Below, piece by piece: positions 46,984 to 57,135 of a stretch of DNA of 64,000 nt. The notes below the pieces were generated by a model. That model saw nothing but the letters and a program-made list of their open reading frames with translations, did not search any database and was not told where the DNA came from. The first letter of the stretch is position 1, and each line of letters begins with the position of its first letter. Origin of the DNA: an uncultured Bacteroidia bacterium. Lineage in GTDB: Bacteria > Bacteroidota > Bacteroidia > Bacteroidales > UBA932. The position numbers and the translations under genes were made by a program. The stretch is from positions 72 to 64,071 of the forward strand of contig CACZXH010000008.1 of assembly GCA_902785065.1 (NCBI GenBank), read 5' to 3'.

Positions 46984-48612
46984 CTACATGTAGGAGTGCA
47001 TGCCGCCCAGCAGGAGGTTCACGCCAAAGTAGGTGACGAGGACGCACACGAAAGCGAAAATCGTGTACCCGTGGAAGAAGCTGGCGTTCCGGAAAGGCTT
47101 CAGCGCACCGCCGTGCAGGGTGAAGGCGTACACCAGCATCGTAATCAGCGCCCAGGTCTCCTTCGGGTCCCAGGCCCAGTAGCTGCCCCAGGAAATATTG
47201 GCCCAGACGGCGCCCAGGAAGGTGCCGAAGGTCAGCAAGAACACGGCCGGGTACAGCACGACGAGGCTCACGTCCCGGAGGCTTTCCTTCGCCTCACGGG
47301 AAGGGACGGCGAGGCCCATGATGCCGTTGAAGGCGACCAGGCCGAACAACGTGTACGACATCATCATGGACACGACGTGGATAGACAGCAGGGGCGACCG
47401 CAGCACCGGCATCAACGGCATGATCTGCGGACTCACACTCTCGCGGCTCGCCAGCAGCATCGTGAAGCCGGCCAGGAGGAAGCCCAGTGGCTCGATGAGC
47501 GGGAACCGCCTGTACAGCAACAGGATCGCCAGCGTGGAGAACCACGCCATCAGCATCATCACATTGTATCGGCCCACATAAGGACCCGTCCCTGAAATAT
47601 ACCACCGCAGGCCGATGACCAGCGTCAGGTATAGCCACATCAGGAGCGCAATGGCGGCACTGCCGTGCAGCACCCAGGCCGGGAACTTCCGCTTCTTGCT
47701 GATCAGCACCGCGCCCAGCACGAACAGCACGATGCCCAGCGTCAGGCATAGCATGAACTGCACTTTCGGCCGCGCGATGCCCATATACAGCTCGTTGGCC
47801 TGCACCTTCGCCTTGGAGGAGAGCATGAATTCGGGCGTACCCGCTTCCTTCCTGGGCATGCCCATCCCCTCCGGCATGGACTGGGCCGATGCCGGTGCGG
47901 GGGCAAGCACGAAGAACGCCACCGCCGCCGTCATTGTCGCGACCCGCCGCAGCGCCTTCCGGAACGCCGTATCCTTCTCGAAGAAGAACCCGATCATGGA
48001 CAGGAGCAGCAGAAGATAGCCCGCGTAGGTGATACCCACGCCCCAGGGGTCGTGGCTCACCGCAAGGATGCTGCCCTTCCCATCTTCGTCATAATCAGCC
48101 TGATAGAAACGGTAGCCGTGGTACTTGGCGATGTTGTTCATCGAAATCCGGACGGCATTTCCTTCGGGGAGAAAGGTAATGTCGGACCGATAGTCGAGCG
48201 GGCGCCGGGTGCCCTCGTAATAGTCGATGGCGAACGCCTCCAGCCGGATGCTGAAAGGCAGCGTCGCCGGCGTCTCGTCGTCCAGTTCATAGTCCGCGGT
48301 GGTCTCTCCTTCGCGCAGATGGATGCTGCCGCTCGTGGCGAAAAGGAACGTGACCAGCGCTCCCGCCAGGATGACGACGAGGCCGATGTGAAGGCCCATG
48401 GTCCACAACCGCTTGGGCGTCCCCTCCATCGCCAGGTAAATCAGCCCGGCAATGGCCGCGACGGCCCAAAGGAGGATGAACAGGGGACTGTGGTAGAACC
48501 ACTGGAACGCCACGGACGTCCCGTGCAGCCGTTCGACGACGGTGGCGGCCATCATCATCGCGATGAGGACCGCCGCCGCGCCAAAGGCCAAATACTTGCA
48601 AGTTCGTTTCAT
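46984..48612 (-). CDS. ccsA: System II cytochrome c maturation protein, ResB/CcsB-CcsA fusion, compact form
   Basis: WWD domain GAVWANISWGSYWAWDPKETWALI, SIHV, terminal GMHSY; N-terminal ResB-like IRLEAFAIDYY / ISMNNI..YHGYRFYQ. Confidence 0.85.
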   Translation of the reverse strand: MKRTCKYLAFGAAAVLIAMMMAATVVERLHGTSVAFQWFYHSPLFILLWAVAAIAGLIYLAMEGTPKRLWTMGLHIGLVVILAGALVTFLFATSGSIHLREGETTADYELDDETPATLPFSIRLEAFAIDYYEGTRRPLDYRSDITFLPEGNAVRISMNNIAKYHGYRFYQADYDEDGKGSILAVSHDPWGVGITYAGYLLLLLSMIGFFFEKDTAFRKALRRVATMTAAVAFFVLAPAPASAQSMPEGMGMPRKEAGTPEFMLSSKAKVQANELYMGIARPKVQFMLCLTLGIVLFVLGAVLISKKRKFPAWVLHGSAAIALLMWLYLTLVIGLRWYISGTGPYVGRYNVMMLMAWFSTLAILLLYRRFPLIEPLGFLLAGFTMLLASRESVSPQIMPLMPVLRSPLLSIHVVSMMMSYTLFGLVAFNGIMGLAVPSREAKESLRDVSLVVLYPAVFLLTFGTFLGAVWANISWGSYWAWDPKETWALITMLVYAFTLHGGALKPFRNASFFHGYTIFAFVCVLVTYFGVNLLLGGMHSYM

Positions 48613-48702
48613 GCAATCGAAAGGTGTTGATTGAACGCAAATTTATAAATTATCTGTTACGTACGAAGATGTGGCGAATGCATTTTTTCGTATCTTCGCC
48701 CT

Positions 48703-51084
48703 ATGATGAAGAAATTAGCACTCTTTCTGCTGGCGGCGGCGTGGACCGTGGCCGGCCAGGCCCAGGACCGTCTGTATTCCGACGAGTTCCCCCTTGGCGA
48801 TGTGAAACTGCTCGATGGCCCCCTGCAGCGGGCCCGGGATCTCAACATCCGGACCCTGTTGCAGTACGACTGCGACCGGCTCCTGGCCCCCTACCGGATC
48901 CAGGCCGGACTGGAGCCCCGGAAGAAGGCCTATCCCAACTGGGACGGCCTGGACGGCCATGTGGGCGGCCACTACCTGGCCGCGATGGCGATGAACGCTG
49001 CGACGGGCAACGAAGAGTGCCGCCGCCGGATGGAGTACATGCTTGCCGAGCTGCAGGAATGCGCCGATGCCAACGTGAAGAACCACCCCGACTGGGGCAA
49101 GGGCTACGTGGGCGGCATGCCCGACAGCGAAAACATCTGGAGCAGGTTCAAGAAGGGCGATTTCAGCGTGTATTCCCGCGCCTGGGCCCCGTTCTACAAC
49201 CTGCACAAGATGTACGCGGGCCTGCGTGACGCGTGGCTGTACTGCGGCAACGAGCAGGCCAAGGACCTGTTCCTGGGTTTCTGCGACTGGGCCATCGACC
49301 TGACGGCCGGCCTCACGGACGCCCAGATGGAGCAGATGATGGGCAACGAGCACGGCGGCATGAACGAGGTCCTGGCCGATGCCTACGCCATCACCTTGGA
49401 CCAAAAGTACCTCACCGTCGCCCGCCGCTTCTCCCACCGGATGCTGCTGGACCCGATGTCGCAGCGGGTGGACCGCCTGGACAACCTGCACGCCAATACG
49501 CAGGTTCCGAAGGCTGTCGGTTTCGCCCGCATCGCCGAGCTCGGCGGGGACGAGACCTTCAACGACGCCGCGGAGTTCTTCTGGGACGTCGTGACGGGCG
49601 AGCGCTCACTGGCGTTCGGCGGCAACAGCCGGCGCGAGCATTTCCCCAGCAAGGAAGCCTGCACGGACTTCATCAACGACATCGACGGTCCCGAGTCCTG
49701 CAACACCTTCAACATGCTGCGGCTCACGGAAGCGCTCCACCGCCGCAACCCGGACGCCCGCTACGCCGATTTCTACGAGCTGGCCACCTTCAACCACATC
49801 CTCTCCACCCAGCATCCCGAGCATGGCGGGTACGTGTACTTCACCCCGGCCCGTCCGCGCCACTACCGCAACTACTCCGCCCCGAACGAGGCGATGTGGT
49901 GCTGCGTGGGTACCGGCATGGAGAACCACGGCAAATACGGCCAGTTCATCTATACGCACAAGGGCAACGCCCTGTTCGTGAACCTCTTCGTATCTTCCGA
50001 GCTGAACTGGCGCGAAAAGGGCGTCACGCTGCGTCAAGAGACCGGTTTCCCGTACGGTGAGACGAGCCGTATCACGGTCTCGGCCGGTAAGGGAACCTTC
50101 CCGGTGCTCGTCCGCTACCCGGGCTGGGTGAAACCCGGCGAATTCAAGGTCCAGGTCAATGGGAAGCCGGTCGAGATCATCACCGGCCCCGGCAGCTACG
50201 TCACCATCGACCGCAAATGGAAGAAGGGCGATGTCATCGACGTCACCTTCCCGATGCACAACAGCGTGAAATACCTCCCGAACGTGCCGAAGTACGTGGC
50301 CCTGATGCACGGCCCCATCCTGCTGGGCATGAAGACCGGCACGGAGGACCTCGCGCACCTGATCGCCGACGACAGCCGCTTCGGCCAGTACGCCAGCGGT
50401 GCGAAACTCCCGCTGGACGGCGCTCCCATCCTGATCGACGACCACATCGACCGGATCGCCGAACACCTGAAGCCCGTCGCGGGCAAGCCCCTGCACTACA
50501 CCCTGGACGTGAAGATGGAAAATCCCATCCGGAACGAGCTCCAGCCCTTCTTCGAGATCCATGACGCCCGCTACATGATGTACTGGCTCACGCTGTCGGA
50601 GCAAGGCTACAAGGACTACCTGGAAGGCCTGGCCCGCGCCGAGAAGGAGCGTCAGGAGCTGGAAGCCCGCACCATCGACAAGGTCCAGCCCGGCGAGCAG
50701 CAGCCCGAGACCGACCACAAGATGGAGACGAACGGCTCCTCCACGGGCAACACCAACGACGTCTTCTTCCGCGACGCCCGCAACGGCCGCTTCTTCAGCT
50801 ACCTGATGAAGACGGACGGCCGCACGGACCTCTCCCTCCGCCTGCAGTTCTGGGGCGTGGGCGAGTGGAAGACGCACGAGTTCGACATCTTTGTGGACGA
50901 GGAACTGCTCACCAGCGTGAACAACACCGGCAAGTACCGCATCTCAGAGTTCAAGTACGAGACCTTCCCCATCCCCGCGTCCATGCTGGAAGGCAAGGAG
51001 CAGATCCGGGTGAAGTTCGTGGCGAAGCCGGGCAAGCAGGTCGGCGAGATCTACGGCGTCCGGCTGGTCGCGCCTCAGAAGTGA
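48703..51084 (+). CDS. GH127/GH146 beta-L-arabinofuranosidase-like glycosidase
   Basis: [32 protein letters not shown] and [11 protein letters not shown] Cys/Zn motifs; signal peptide. Confidence 0.85.
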   Translation: MMKKLALFLLAAAWTVAGQAQDRLYSDEFPLGDVKLLDGPLQRARDLNIRTLLQYDCDRLLAPYRIQAGLEPRKKAYPNWDGLDGHVGGHYLAAMAMNAATGNEECRRRMEYMLAELQECADANVKNHPDWGKGYVGGMPDSENIWSRFKKGDFSVYSRAWAPFYNLHKMYAGLRDAWLYCGNEQAKDLFLGFCDWAIDLTAGLTDAQMEQMMGNEHGGMNEVLADAYAITLDQKYLTVARRFSHRMLLDPMSQRVDRLDNLHANTQVPKAVGFARIAELGGDETFNDAAEFFWDVVTGERSLAFGGNSRREHFPSKEACTDFINDIDGPESCNTFNMLRLTEALHRRNPDARYADFYELATFNHILSTQHPEHGGYVYFTPARPRHYRNYSAPNEAMWCCVGTGMENHGKYGQFIYTHKGNALFVNLFVSSELNWREKGVTLRQETGFPYGETSRITVSAGKGTFPVLVRYPGWVKPGEFKVQVNGKPVEIITGPGSYVTIDRKWKKGDVIDVTFPMHNSVKYLPNVPKYVALMHGPILLGMKTGTEDLAHLIADDSRFGQYASGAKLPLDGAPILIDDHIDRIAEHLKPVAGKPLHYTLDVKMENPIRNELQPFFEIHDARYMMYWLTLSEQGYKDYLEGLARAEKERQELEARTIDKVQPGEQQPETDHKMETNGSSTGNTNDVFFRDARNGRFFSYLMKTDGRTDLSLRLQFWGVGEWKTHEFDIFVDEELLTSVNNTGKYRISEFKYETFPIPASMLEGKEQIRVKFVAKPGKQVGEIYGVRLVAPQK

Positions 51085-53324
51085 GGTGAGCGCACCGGGA
51101 CGTCGGCGTTGGCGCCGGACAGGGTGCGCACCTTGTACGACGTAATGCGGCCGTCGGCCCAGTCGAAGTCCACGACGTAGCCGCCGCGGGCGCGCAGGCC
51201 GCGGACGGAGCCTTCCGTCCAGGCGGCGGGCAGCGCCGGGAGCAGCACGATCGCGTCCTCGTGGCTCTGCAGCAGCATTTCCGCGATACCGGCCGTCACG
51301 CCGAAGTTGCCGTCGATCTGGAACGGCGGGTGCGCGTCGAAGAGGTTCGGATAGGTGTTCCGTTGGAACAGGTTCTTGATGATGAGGAAGGCGTGGTCGC
51401 CATCCTGCATCCGCGCCCAGAAGTTCGTTTTCCAACCCAGGCTCCAGCCGGTGGCCCGGTCGCCGCGCTGGATCAGCGTGGTGCGCGCGGCCTCGAACAG
51501 CTCGGGCGTGCGCGTCGGGGTGATCTGGTCGGAAGGATACAGGCCGTACAGGTGCGAGATGTGGCGGTGCTGGTCGTTCGGGTCGTCCCCGTCCTCGATC
51601 CACTCCTGCAGCTGCCCGTACTGGCCCACGGCCATGGGCGGCAATTTCGCGAGCGTCTCCTGCAGCTTCGCGCGATAGTCGGCCTCGTCCAATCCTAAGA
51701 TTTCGGACGCCTGCAAGGTGCTGGAGAGGGCGTCCCGGACAATCTGCGTATCCATCGTGCAGCCGGCCGTGATGGGGGATTTCTTGCCCATCGGCCCGTG
51801 CTCCGGGCTCACGGAAGGGACGACCACCAGGTAGCCGTTGCGCGGGTCCGTCTGCAGGTAATCCAGGTAGAAGTCCGCCGTTCCCTTGATGACCGGATAC
51901 CACTCCCGGAGGAAAGCCTCGTCCTTGGAGAAGAGGTAGTGGGTCCACAGGTGCGTGGCCAGCCAGGCGCCGCCGTTGGGGTACATGCCCCAGAAGGCGC
52001 CGTCCACGGGGCCCGCGATGCGCCAGAGGTCCGTATTGTGGTGCGCCATCCAGCCGTCGCAGTCATACATCTGCCGTGCGGTAATCGCGCCGGTCTCCGA
52101 CAAATCCTTGATCATCCCGAAGAACGGGACGAGGGTCTCGTCGAGGCCGCACACATCGGCGGGCCAGTAGTTCATCTGGGCGTTGATATTGATCGTGTAC
52201 TTGCTGTCCCACGGGGCCATCACCTCGTCGTTCCAGATGCCCTGCAGGTTCGCCGGCTGGCCGCCGGGCTGCGAGGAGCTGATCAGCAGGTAGCGGCCGT
52301 AATTGAAAATCAGGGCCACCATGCCCATGTCGTCGCTGTCCTGGAAGGCTGTCTTGCGCTGGTCCGTAGGCAGAGCAGCATTCGCGCCGGAGTGCAGCTT
52401 GATGGAGCAGCGGCCGTACTGCTCGCCGTAGGCGGCCTCGTGCCGCGCGAGGAGCTTCTTGTAGGAGAGCTTTGCGGCGGCCGCCAGGCCCGCCTTCGCG
52501 GCGGCGGATTCGTCGCCGGAAATGTCGTGGTAGTTGACGAAATTCGTCGCGGCGTTCACCAGCAGGGTCACGTGCGTCGCACCGGAAATGGTCAACCGCT
52601 TGTCTTCGGCCGCCACTTTACCGTCACTGATGACCTGCGTGCGGCACTCGGCCGTAAGCCCGCCGGGAATGCCCTCGTGTTCCACGCCCTTGATGCGCGT
52701 CACGAGTGTATTCCCCTCAGTAGCAACCTCGAAGGGGAATTTGCAATCCTGCGTGAGGGAGAAGGTCAATGCGCCCTTCTTGCTGGCGTCCAGCCGGATG
52801 ACGAGGGCGCGGTCGCGCAGCGAGGCGAAAGCGCTCCGCGTGTAGCGGACGCCGTTCGCCGTGAAGCCGACCCCCGCGACGGCGCGGGTCAGGTCCAGGT
52901 CGCGGCAGTAGTCCTCGACCTCTTCCGGCATGTTCTCGAAATGCATCCGGAGGCTGCCCAGCGTGAGAAAACGCTGGCCGTGCGGACCGGGAATGAACTC
53001 CTTGTTGATGAGCGCTTCCGCTTCCTCCTCGCGTCCCGCGTAGATGAGCTGGCGGACCTCGTCGAGGTGCTGGAGCGACGTCTTGCTGTTATTGTCGTGC
53101 GGGGAACCGCTCCAGAAGGTCGATTCGTTCAGCTGGATGGTTTCGTCGGCGATGCCGCCGAACACCATCGCGGCCATCTGGCCGTTGCCCAGGGGCAGGG
53201 CTTCGAGCCATCGCCCGGCCGGGGCGTCATACCACAGGCGTTCCTGGTCTCCGGCGACCTTGGCCGGCTGCGCGCAGGCCATCATCGCGATTGCGATGGC
53301 AAAAAGGGAAAGCAGTTTCTTCAT
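51075..53324 (-). CDS. GH95 alpha-L-fucosidase/alpha-L-galactosidase
   Basis: [53 protein letters not shown]. Confidence 0.92.
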   Translation of the reverse strand: MKKLLSLFAIAIAMMACAQPAKVAGDQERLWYDAPAGRWLEALPLGNGQMAAMVFGGIADETIQLNESTFWSGSPHDNNSKTSLQHLDEVRQLIYAGREEEAEALINKEFIPGPHGQRFLTLGSLRMHFENMPEEVEDYCRDLDLTRAVAGVGFTANGVRYTRSAFASLRDRALVIRLDASKKGALTFSLTQDCKFPFEVATEGNTLVTRIKGVEHEGIPGGLTAECRTQVISDGKVAAEDKRLTISGATHVTLLVNAATNFVNYHDISGDESAAAKAGLAAAAKLSYKKLLARHEAAYGEQYGRCSIKLHSGANAALPTDQRKTAFQDSDDMGMVALIFNYGRYLLISSSQPGGQPANLQGIWNDEVMAPWDSKYTININAQMNYWPADVCGLDETLVPFFGMIKDLSETGAITARQMYDCDGWMAHHNTDLWRIAGPVDGAFWGMYPNGGAWLATHLWTHYLFSKDEAFLREWYPVIKGTADFYLDYLQTDPRNGYLVVVPSVSPEHGPMGKKSPITAGCTMDTQIVRDALSSTLQASEILGLDEADYRAKLQETLAKLPPMAVGQYGQLQEWIEDGDDPNDQHRHISHLYGLYPSDQITPTRTPELFEAARTTLIQRGDRATGWSLGWKTNFWARMQDGDHAFLIIKNLFQRNTYPNLFDAHPPFQIDGNFGVTAGIAEMLLQSHEDAIVLLPALPAAWTEGSVRGLRARGGYVVDFDWADGRITSYKVRTLSGANADVPVRSPHF

Positions 53325-53391
53325 AACGGGTCCGTTGTTTTACTCCGGATACAAATGTAATGATTTCCAGAGATATCGGCAACGGCGAGCC

Positions 53392-54787
53392 TTACTTCAT
53401 CCGAATCGAACGGAGCAGGTACAGGATGGGGAAGATTTCCAGACGGCCGATGAGCATTTCGGTCATGCTGGTGGCCTTCAGGACGGCCGGGAAAGCCGCG
53501 AAGTTGGACATGGACCCCACCTCGCCGAAACCCGGGCCGACGTTGCCGATACAGGCGACCGAGGCGGTGACGCCCGTGGTGAAATCCAGGCCGAAGGACA
53601 GGTTGACGGCGGCGAAGACCACGACGATGAGCAGGTAGCAGAAGATGTAGCCGTAGGCGTCGTTCACCAGCTCATCCGAGCGCATCCGGCCATCGACCCG
53701 GACCGCCTGGACCCGGTGCGGGCTCACGGTGAGGCCGACTTTCCGGTAGATGCCCTTGGCGGCCAGGATGGCGCGGTCGATCTTGATGCCGCCGGATGAG
53801 CGGGGGCCACAGCGTGGTGTCCTGCGTGGCGAAGCCGGTGGTCGTGGAAATGGAGGCTATCTGGAAGGACGCGTCCCGGAGCGCCTCCCCGAAGGAATGA
53901 TACTGCCCATTGACCATTAAGTCGACCGTAACGGCGGCGATGGCCAGGACGACCAGTGACAAGAACACCTTGATGGTCTCGGACTTCCAGATGTACTTCG
54001 GACGGCCCTTAAGGAAGGCCAGGAACAGGATGCCGAAATGGATGCCGGCGGCGAGCATCGCAAAGGTCAGGACCACTTCGGCAGCCGGATTGGCGTAGAA
54101 GGCAATGCTCGTGTTCCGGGTGCAGAAACCGCAGGTACTGCAGGCCGACATCGCGTTGGTGGCGGCGTCGAACCAGCCCATCCCCGTCAGCTTCAGCGCG
54201 AAGAACGTCACCACTGTCAAAGCGATGTAGGTCAGGAACATCCGGTTGGCGAAACTGGTGCTGCGATCGCCGGCAAAGGGCTCGCGGGCCACGGTGGAGA
54301 TTTCCGCCCCGGACAGGGTCGACTTGTCTGCGCCGGCGGTAATCATCGAGAACAGCGTGACGATGCCCACGCCGCCCACCCAGGCCGTCGCGATGCGCCA
54401 GAACTGCAGGCCGCGCGGGAGCGCCTCGATGTCGTTCAGGATGGAGGCCCCGGTCGTCGTGAAGCCTGAAATGCTCTCGAAGAGGGCGTTGATGGGCGTG
54501 AACTCGCGGCCGTAGAACAGGAAAGGAAACATCCCGAACAGGCAGGCCATCAGCCAGGCGCCGACGACAATGCTGTTCCCTTCCTGGAATGTCAGCTTAT
54601 GACGGCCGCGCCGGACGAAAAGGATGGGATAGCCGCCGACAATGATCGTCAGGAAGGCGGAAAACAGCAGGGGAATCCGGCTTTCATCCCCTGGGGTCAG
54701 GCACGCGATGACCCCCGACACGGTCATCAGGGCCGCGACGAGAAGCAAGGAAACGCCGATATACCATGTGATTACCTTCCAGTTCAT
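53392..54787 (-). pseudogene. trkH: TrkH potassium uptake membrane protein, frameshifted by an apparent deletion at ~53797
   Basis: N-terminal frame has FESISGFTTTG, STCGF and STTTGF pore motifs; after WPPL the family sequence resumes in another frame as SGGIKIDR..GNVGPGFG..GRLE. Confidence 0.85.
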
Positions 54788-54859
54788 TCCTTTCGGATTC
54801 CGGGGACAAAGTTATGGCCCGGGATTGCATTTATCAACACAATTATTTTTATCTTTGCA

Positions 54860-54872
54860 TTGATAAAATCAA
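54860..54872. promoter_or_regulatory. LysR-type T-N11-A dyad TTGAT-AAA-ATCAA next to the -7 box (54850-54857) of the LysR gene
   Basis: Perfect 5 bp dyad, plus a flanking inverted repeat TTTATCAA(54830)/TTGATAAA(54860). Confidence 0.55.
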
Positions 54873-54884
54873 TCAAGCGGAACG

Positions 54885-55808
54885 ATGACCCTCCAGCAGC
54901 TGCGCTATATCGTCGCCATCGACGACCACCGGCACTTCGGGAAAGCGGCCGAGGCCTGCGGCCTCACGCAGTCCACGCTGAGCCTGATGGTCAAGAAACT
55001 GGAGGAAGAACTGGATGTCCGCATCTTCGACCGGGATGCGCATCCGGTAGCCCCCACGGCCATCGGACGCAAGATCATCGACCGGGCGAAGGTGGTCCTT
55101 TTCAATGTGGACCAGCTGGCCGAGATGACACGTTCGGAAAAGGAAACGCTTTCTGGTCCGCTTAAGGTCGCCCTCATCTCCACCGTCTCCCCCGTGCTGA
55201 CCCCCGGCTTGTTCAAGCATATCGGGCAACAGTATCCGTCCATCGCCCTGCAGACGGAAGAAATGCTCTCCGGCACCATCCTCGACAAGCTCCGGAAAGC
55301 GGAGGTGGACATGGGCATCCTCGCCGGACCGGTCCGGGAACCCGGTTTCCTGGAAATCCCGCTCTATCACGAGCGCTTCCTCGCATACGTATCTCCTGAT
55401 AATCCCGCGTACGCGCAGGAAAGCATCCGGGCGGCGTCCCTGTTTGAGCAGCCCGTCTGGATCATCCGGGAGGGCCTCCGCCTGCTGGACCCGCGGGATC
55501 TGAAAGAGGGTCCCATCACCTATGAACGTTTCTTCGAGGGCGGCCGCGTGGGCATCCTGATCCAGGTTGTCAACGACAACGGCGGCCTCACCATCATCCC
55601 GGAAACGCATACCGGCTTCATCCTGTACAGCCAGCAGCACTGCATCCGTCCCATCATCGACCCGGTCCCGAGCCGGACCATCTCCTTGGTCCTCCGCAGC
55701 GATTATATCCACGAGGCCAAGTTGAATGCCGTGGTGGATGCCGTCAAACAGATTATCCCGGGCACCATGCTGGACAACGTCCTCCGGAAAGGGCGCCTGA
55801 CTTTGTAA
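54885..55808 (+). CDS. LysR-family regulator, OxyR-like but lacking the redox cysteines
   Basis: MTLQQLRY..HRHFGKAAEAC..TQSTLS..KKLEEELDV.IFDR HTH typical of OxyR; no GHC.RDQ motif. Confidence 0.85.
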   Translation: MTLQQLRYIVAIDDHRHFGKAAEACGLTQSTLSLMVKKLEEELDVRIFDRDAHPVAPTAIGRKIIDRAKVVLFNVDQLAEMTRSEKETLSGPLKVALISTVSPVLTPGLFKHIGQQYPSIALQTEEMLSGTILDKLRKAEVDMGILAGPVREPGFLEIPLYHERFLAYVSPDNPAYAQESIRAASLFEQPVWIIREGLRLLDPRDLKEGPITYERFFEGGRVGILIQVVNDNGGLTIIPETHTGFILYSQQHCIRPIIDPVPSRTISLVLRSDYIHEAKLNAVVDAVKQIIPGTMLDNVLRKGRLTL

Positions 55809-55815
55809 AACACTT

Positions 55816-57135
55816 ATGATAAACGATATGAACTTACGTACAATCCTCTTCTCCCTGGCCGTTGCGGCAGTGACCGCAGCATGCGCGCCCAAGGCGACGC
55901 CCCTCAAGACCTGCATCTTCCCGGGCGACTACCCCGATCCGACCATCCTGCGGGACGGGAACGATTTCTACATGACGCATTCGTCGTTCACTTACTTCCC
56001 GGCCCTGCTGGTCTGGCATTCCACGGACCTCGTCCACTGGGAGCCTGTCTCCCGGGCCGTCGAGGACGGTGACTATTCCATCTTCGCCCCGGACATCTGC
56101 AAGGTGGACGGGAAGTTCTACATCTACTACCCGACGAGCAAGGGCGAGAACTATGTCGTGACGGCCGACCGGCCCGAGGGCCCCTGGTCCGCGCCGGTGA
56201 AGCTGGACGTGGGCGGCATCGACCCGGGCCATGTCGTGGCGGAGGACGGCAACCGTTATCTTTACACGAATAATGGCTTTGTGACGCCCCTGACACCCGA
56301 CGGCCTGGCCGCGGCGGGACGTCCGAAGAAGGTCTATGACGGATGGAAATTCCCCGAGGAATGGGAGACGGAAGGTTTCTGGCTGGAATCCCCCAAGCTT
56401 TTCAAGCGGGGTGACTGGTACTATCTCGTGACCGCGGAAGGCGGCACCGCCGGCCCGCCCACGAGCCACATGGTCGTCGTTGCCCGCAGCAAGTCCGCAC
56501 TCGGCCCCTGGGAGAACAGCCCGCACAACCCGCTGGTGCACACGTATTCCGCCGATGAGTTCTGGTGGTCCAAGGGCCACGGCACCCTCATCGACGATGC
56601 CGCCGGCAACTGGTACGTGCTGGGCCGCAGCACGATCATCGAGAGCGTGGAATGGACGGCCGACGGCTGGCCCGTCCTTGTGGAAAAAGACGGTGCGAAA
56701 TGGGAACAGAACGGCCTGCAGGGCGATTATTCCTATCTGCGCGACTACGACAATCCGCTCCTGTGGGCAAAGTGGCATGCCGGGTTTGACGACGGTACGC
56801 TCATGACCACGACGGCCGTGGACGAGTCCTATGAAATCAACGCCAAGTTCTCCGTCCCTGAAGGCGGAAAGGCGGGCCTGTACCTGTTCTACAATGAAGA
56901 GGCGTATTTCGGACAGGCGGGAGAAAGCCCGGAACTGGCCGTGCGCATCCGGAACGAACGCAACACGGCCAGTGTCTGGATCAAGGCCGACGACGGAGAC
57001 TGGGTCCTGGCGCAGGAAGGCGTGGACGTCTCCGGGTACCACCACAACAACTTCAAGGGCTTCTTCGCCCTCCGCCCCGCCTACCTGCTGCGCGGCGGCG
57101 CAAAACTGCTGGAATTCAAATACAAGCCGTTATGA
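55816..57135 (+). CDS. GH43 beta-xylosidase/arabinofuranosidase-like lipoprotein with C-terminal beta-sandwich
   Basis: YPDPTI, FAPD, GIDP, LESPKL, AEGGT, GHGTL motifs; lipobox TAAC (start may be 55828). Confidence 0.88.
   Translation: MINDMNLRTILFSLAVAAVTAACAPKATPLKTCIFPGDYPDPTILRDGNDFYMTHSSFTYFPALLVWHSTDLVHWEPVSRAVEDGDYSIFAPDICKVDGKFYIYYPTSKGENYVVTADRPEGPWSAPVKLDVGGIDPGHVVAEDGNRYLYTNNGFVTPLTPDGLAAAGRPKKVYDGWKFPEEWETEGFWLESPKLFKRGDWYYLVTAEGGTAGPPTSHMVVVARSKSALGPWENSPHNPLVHTYSADEFWWSKGHGTLIDDAAGNWYVLGRSTIIESVEWTADGWPVLVEKDGAKWEQNGLQGDYSYLRDYDNPLLWAKWHAGFDDGTLMTTTAVDESYEINAKFSVPEGGKAGLYLFYNEEAYFGQAGESPELAVRIRNERNTASVWIKADDGDWVLAQEGVDVSGYHHNNFKGFFALRPAYLLRGGAKLLEFKYKPL

Noticed and set aside
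48627-48640. FNR-like site TTGAT-N4-CGCAA upstream of ccsA
   Set aside because: Only one half-site matches, which is likely by chance in an AT-rich spacer.
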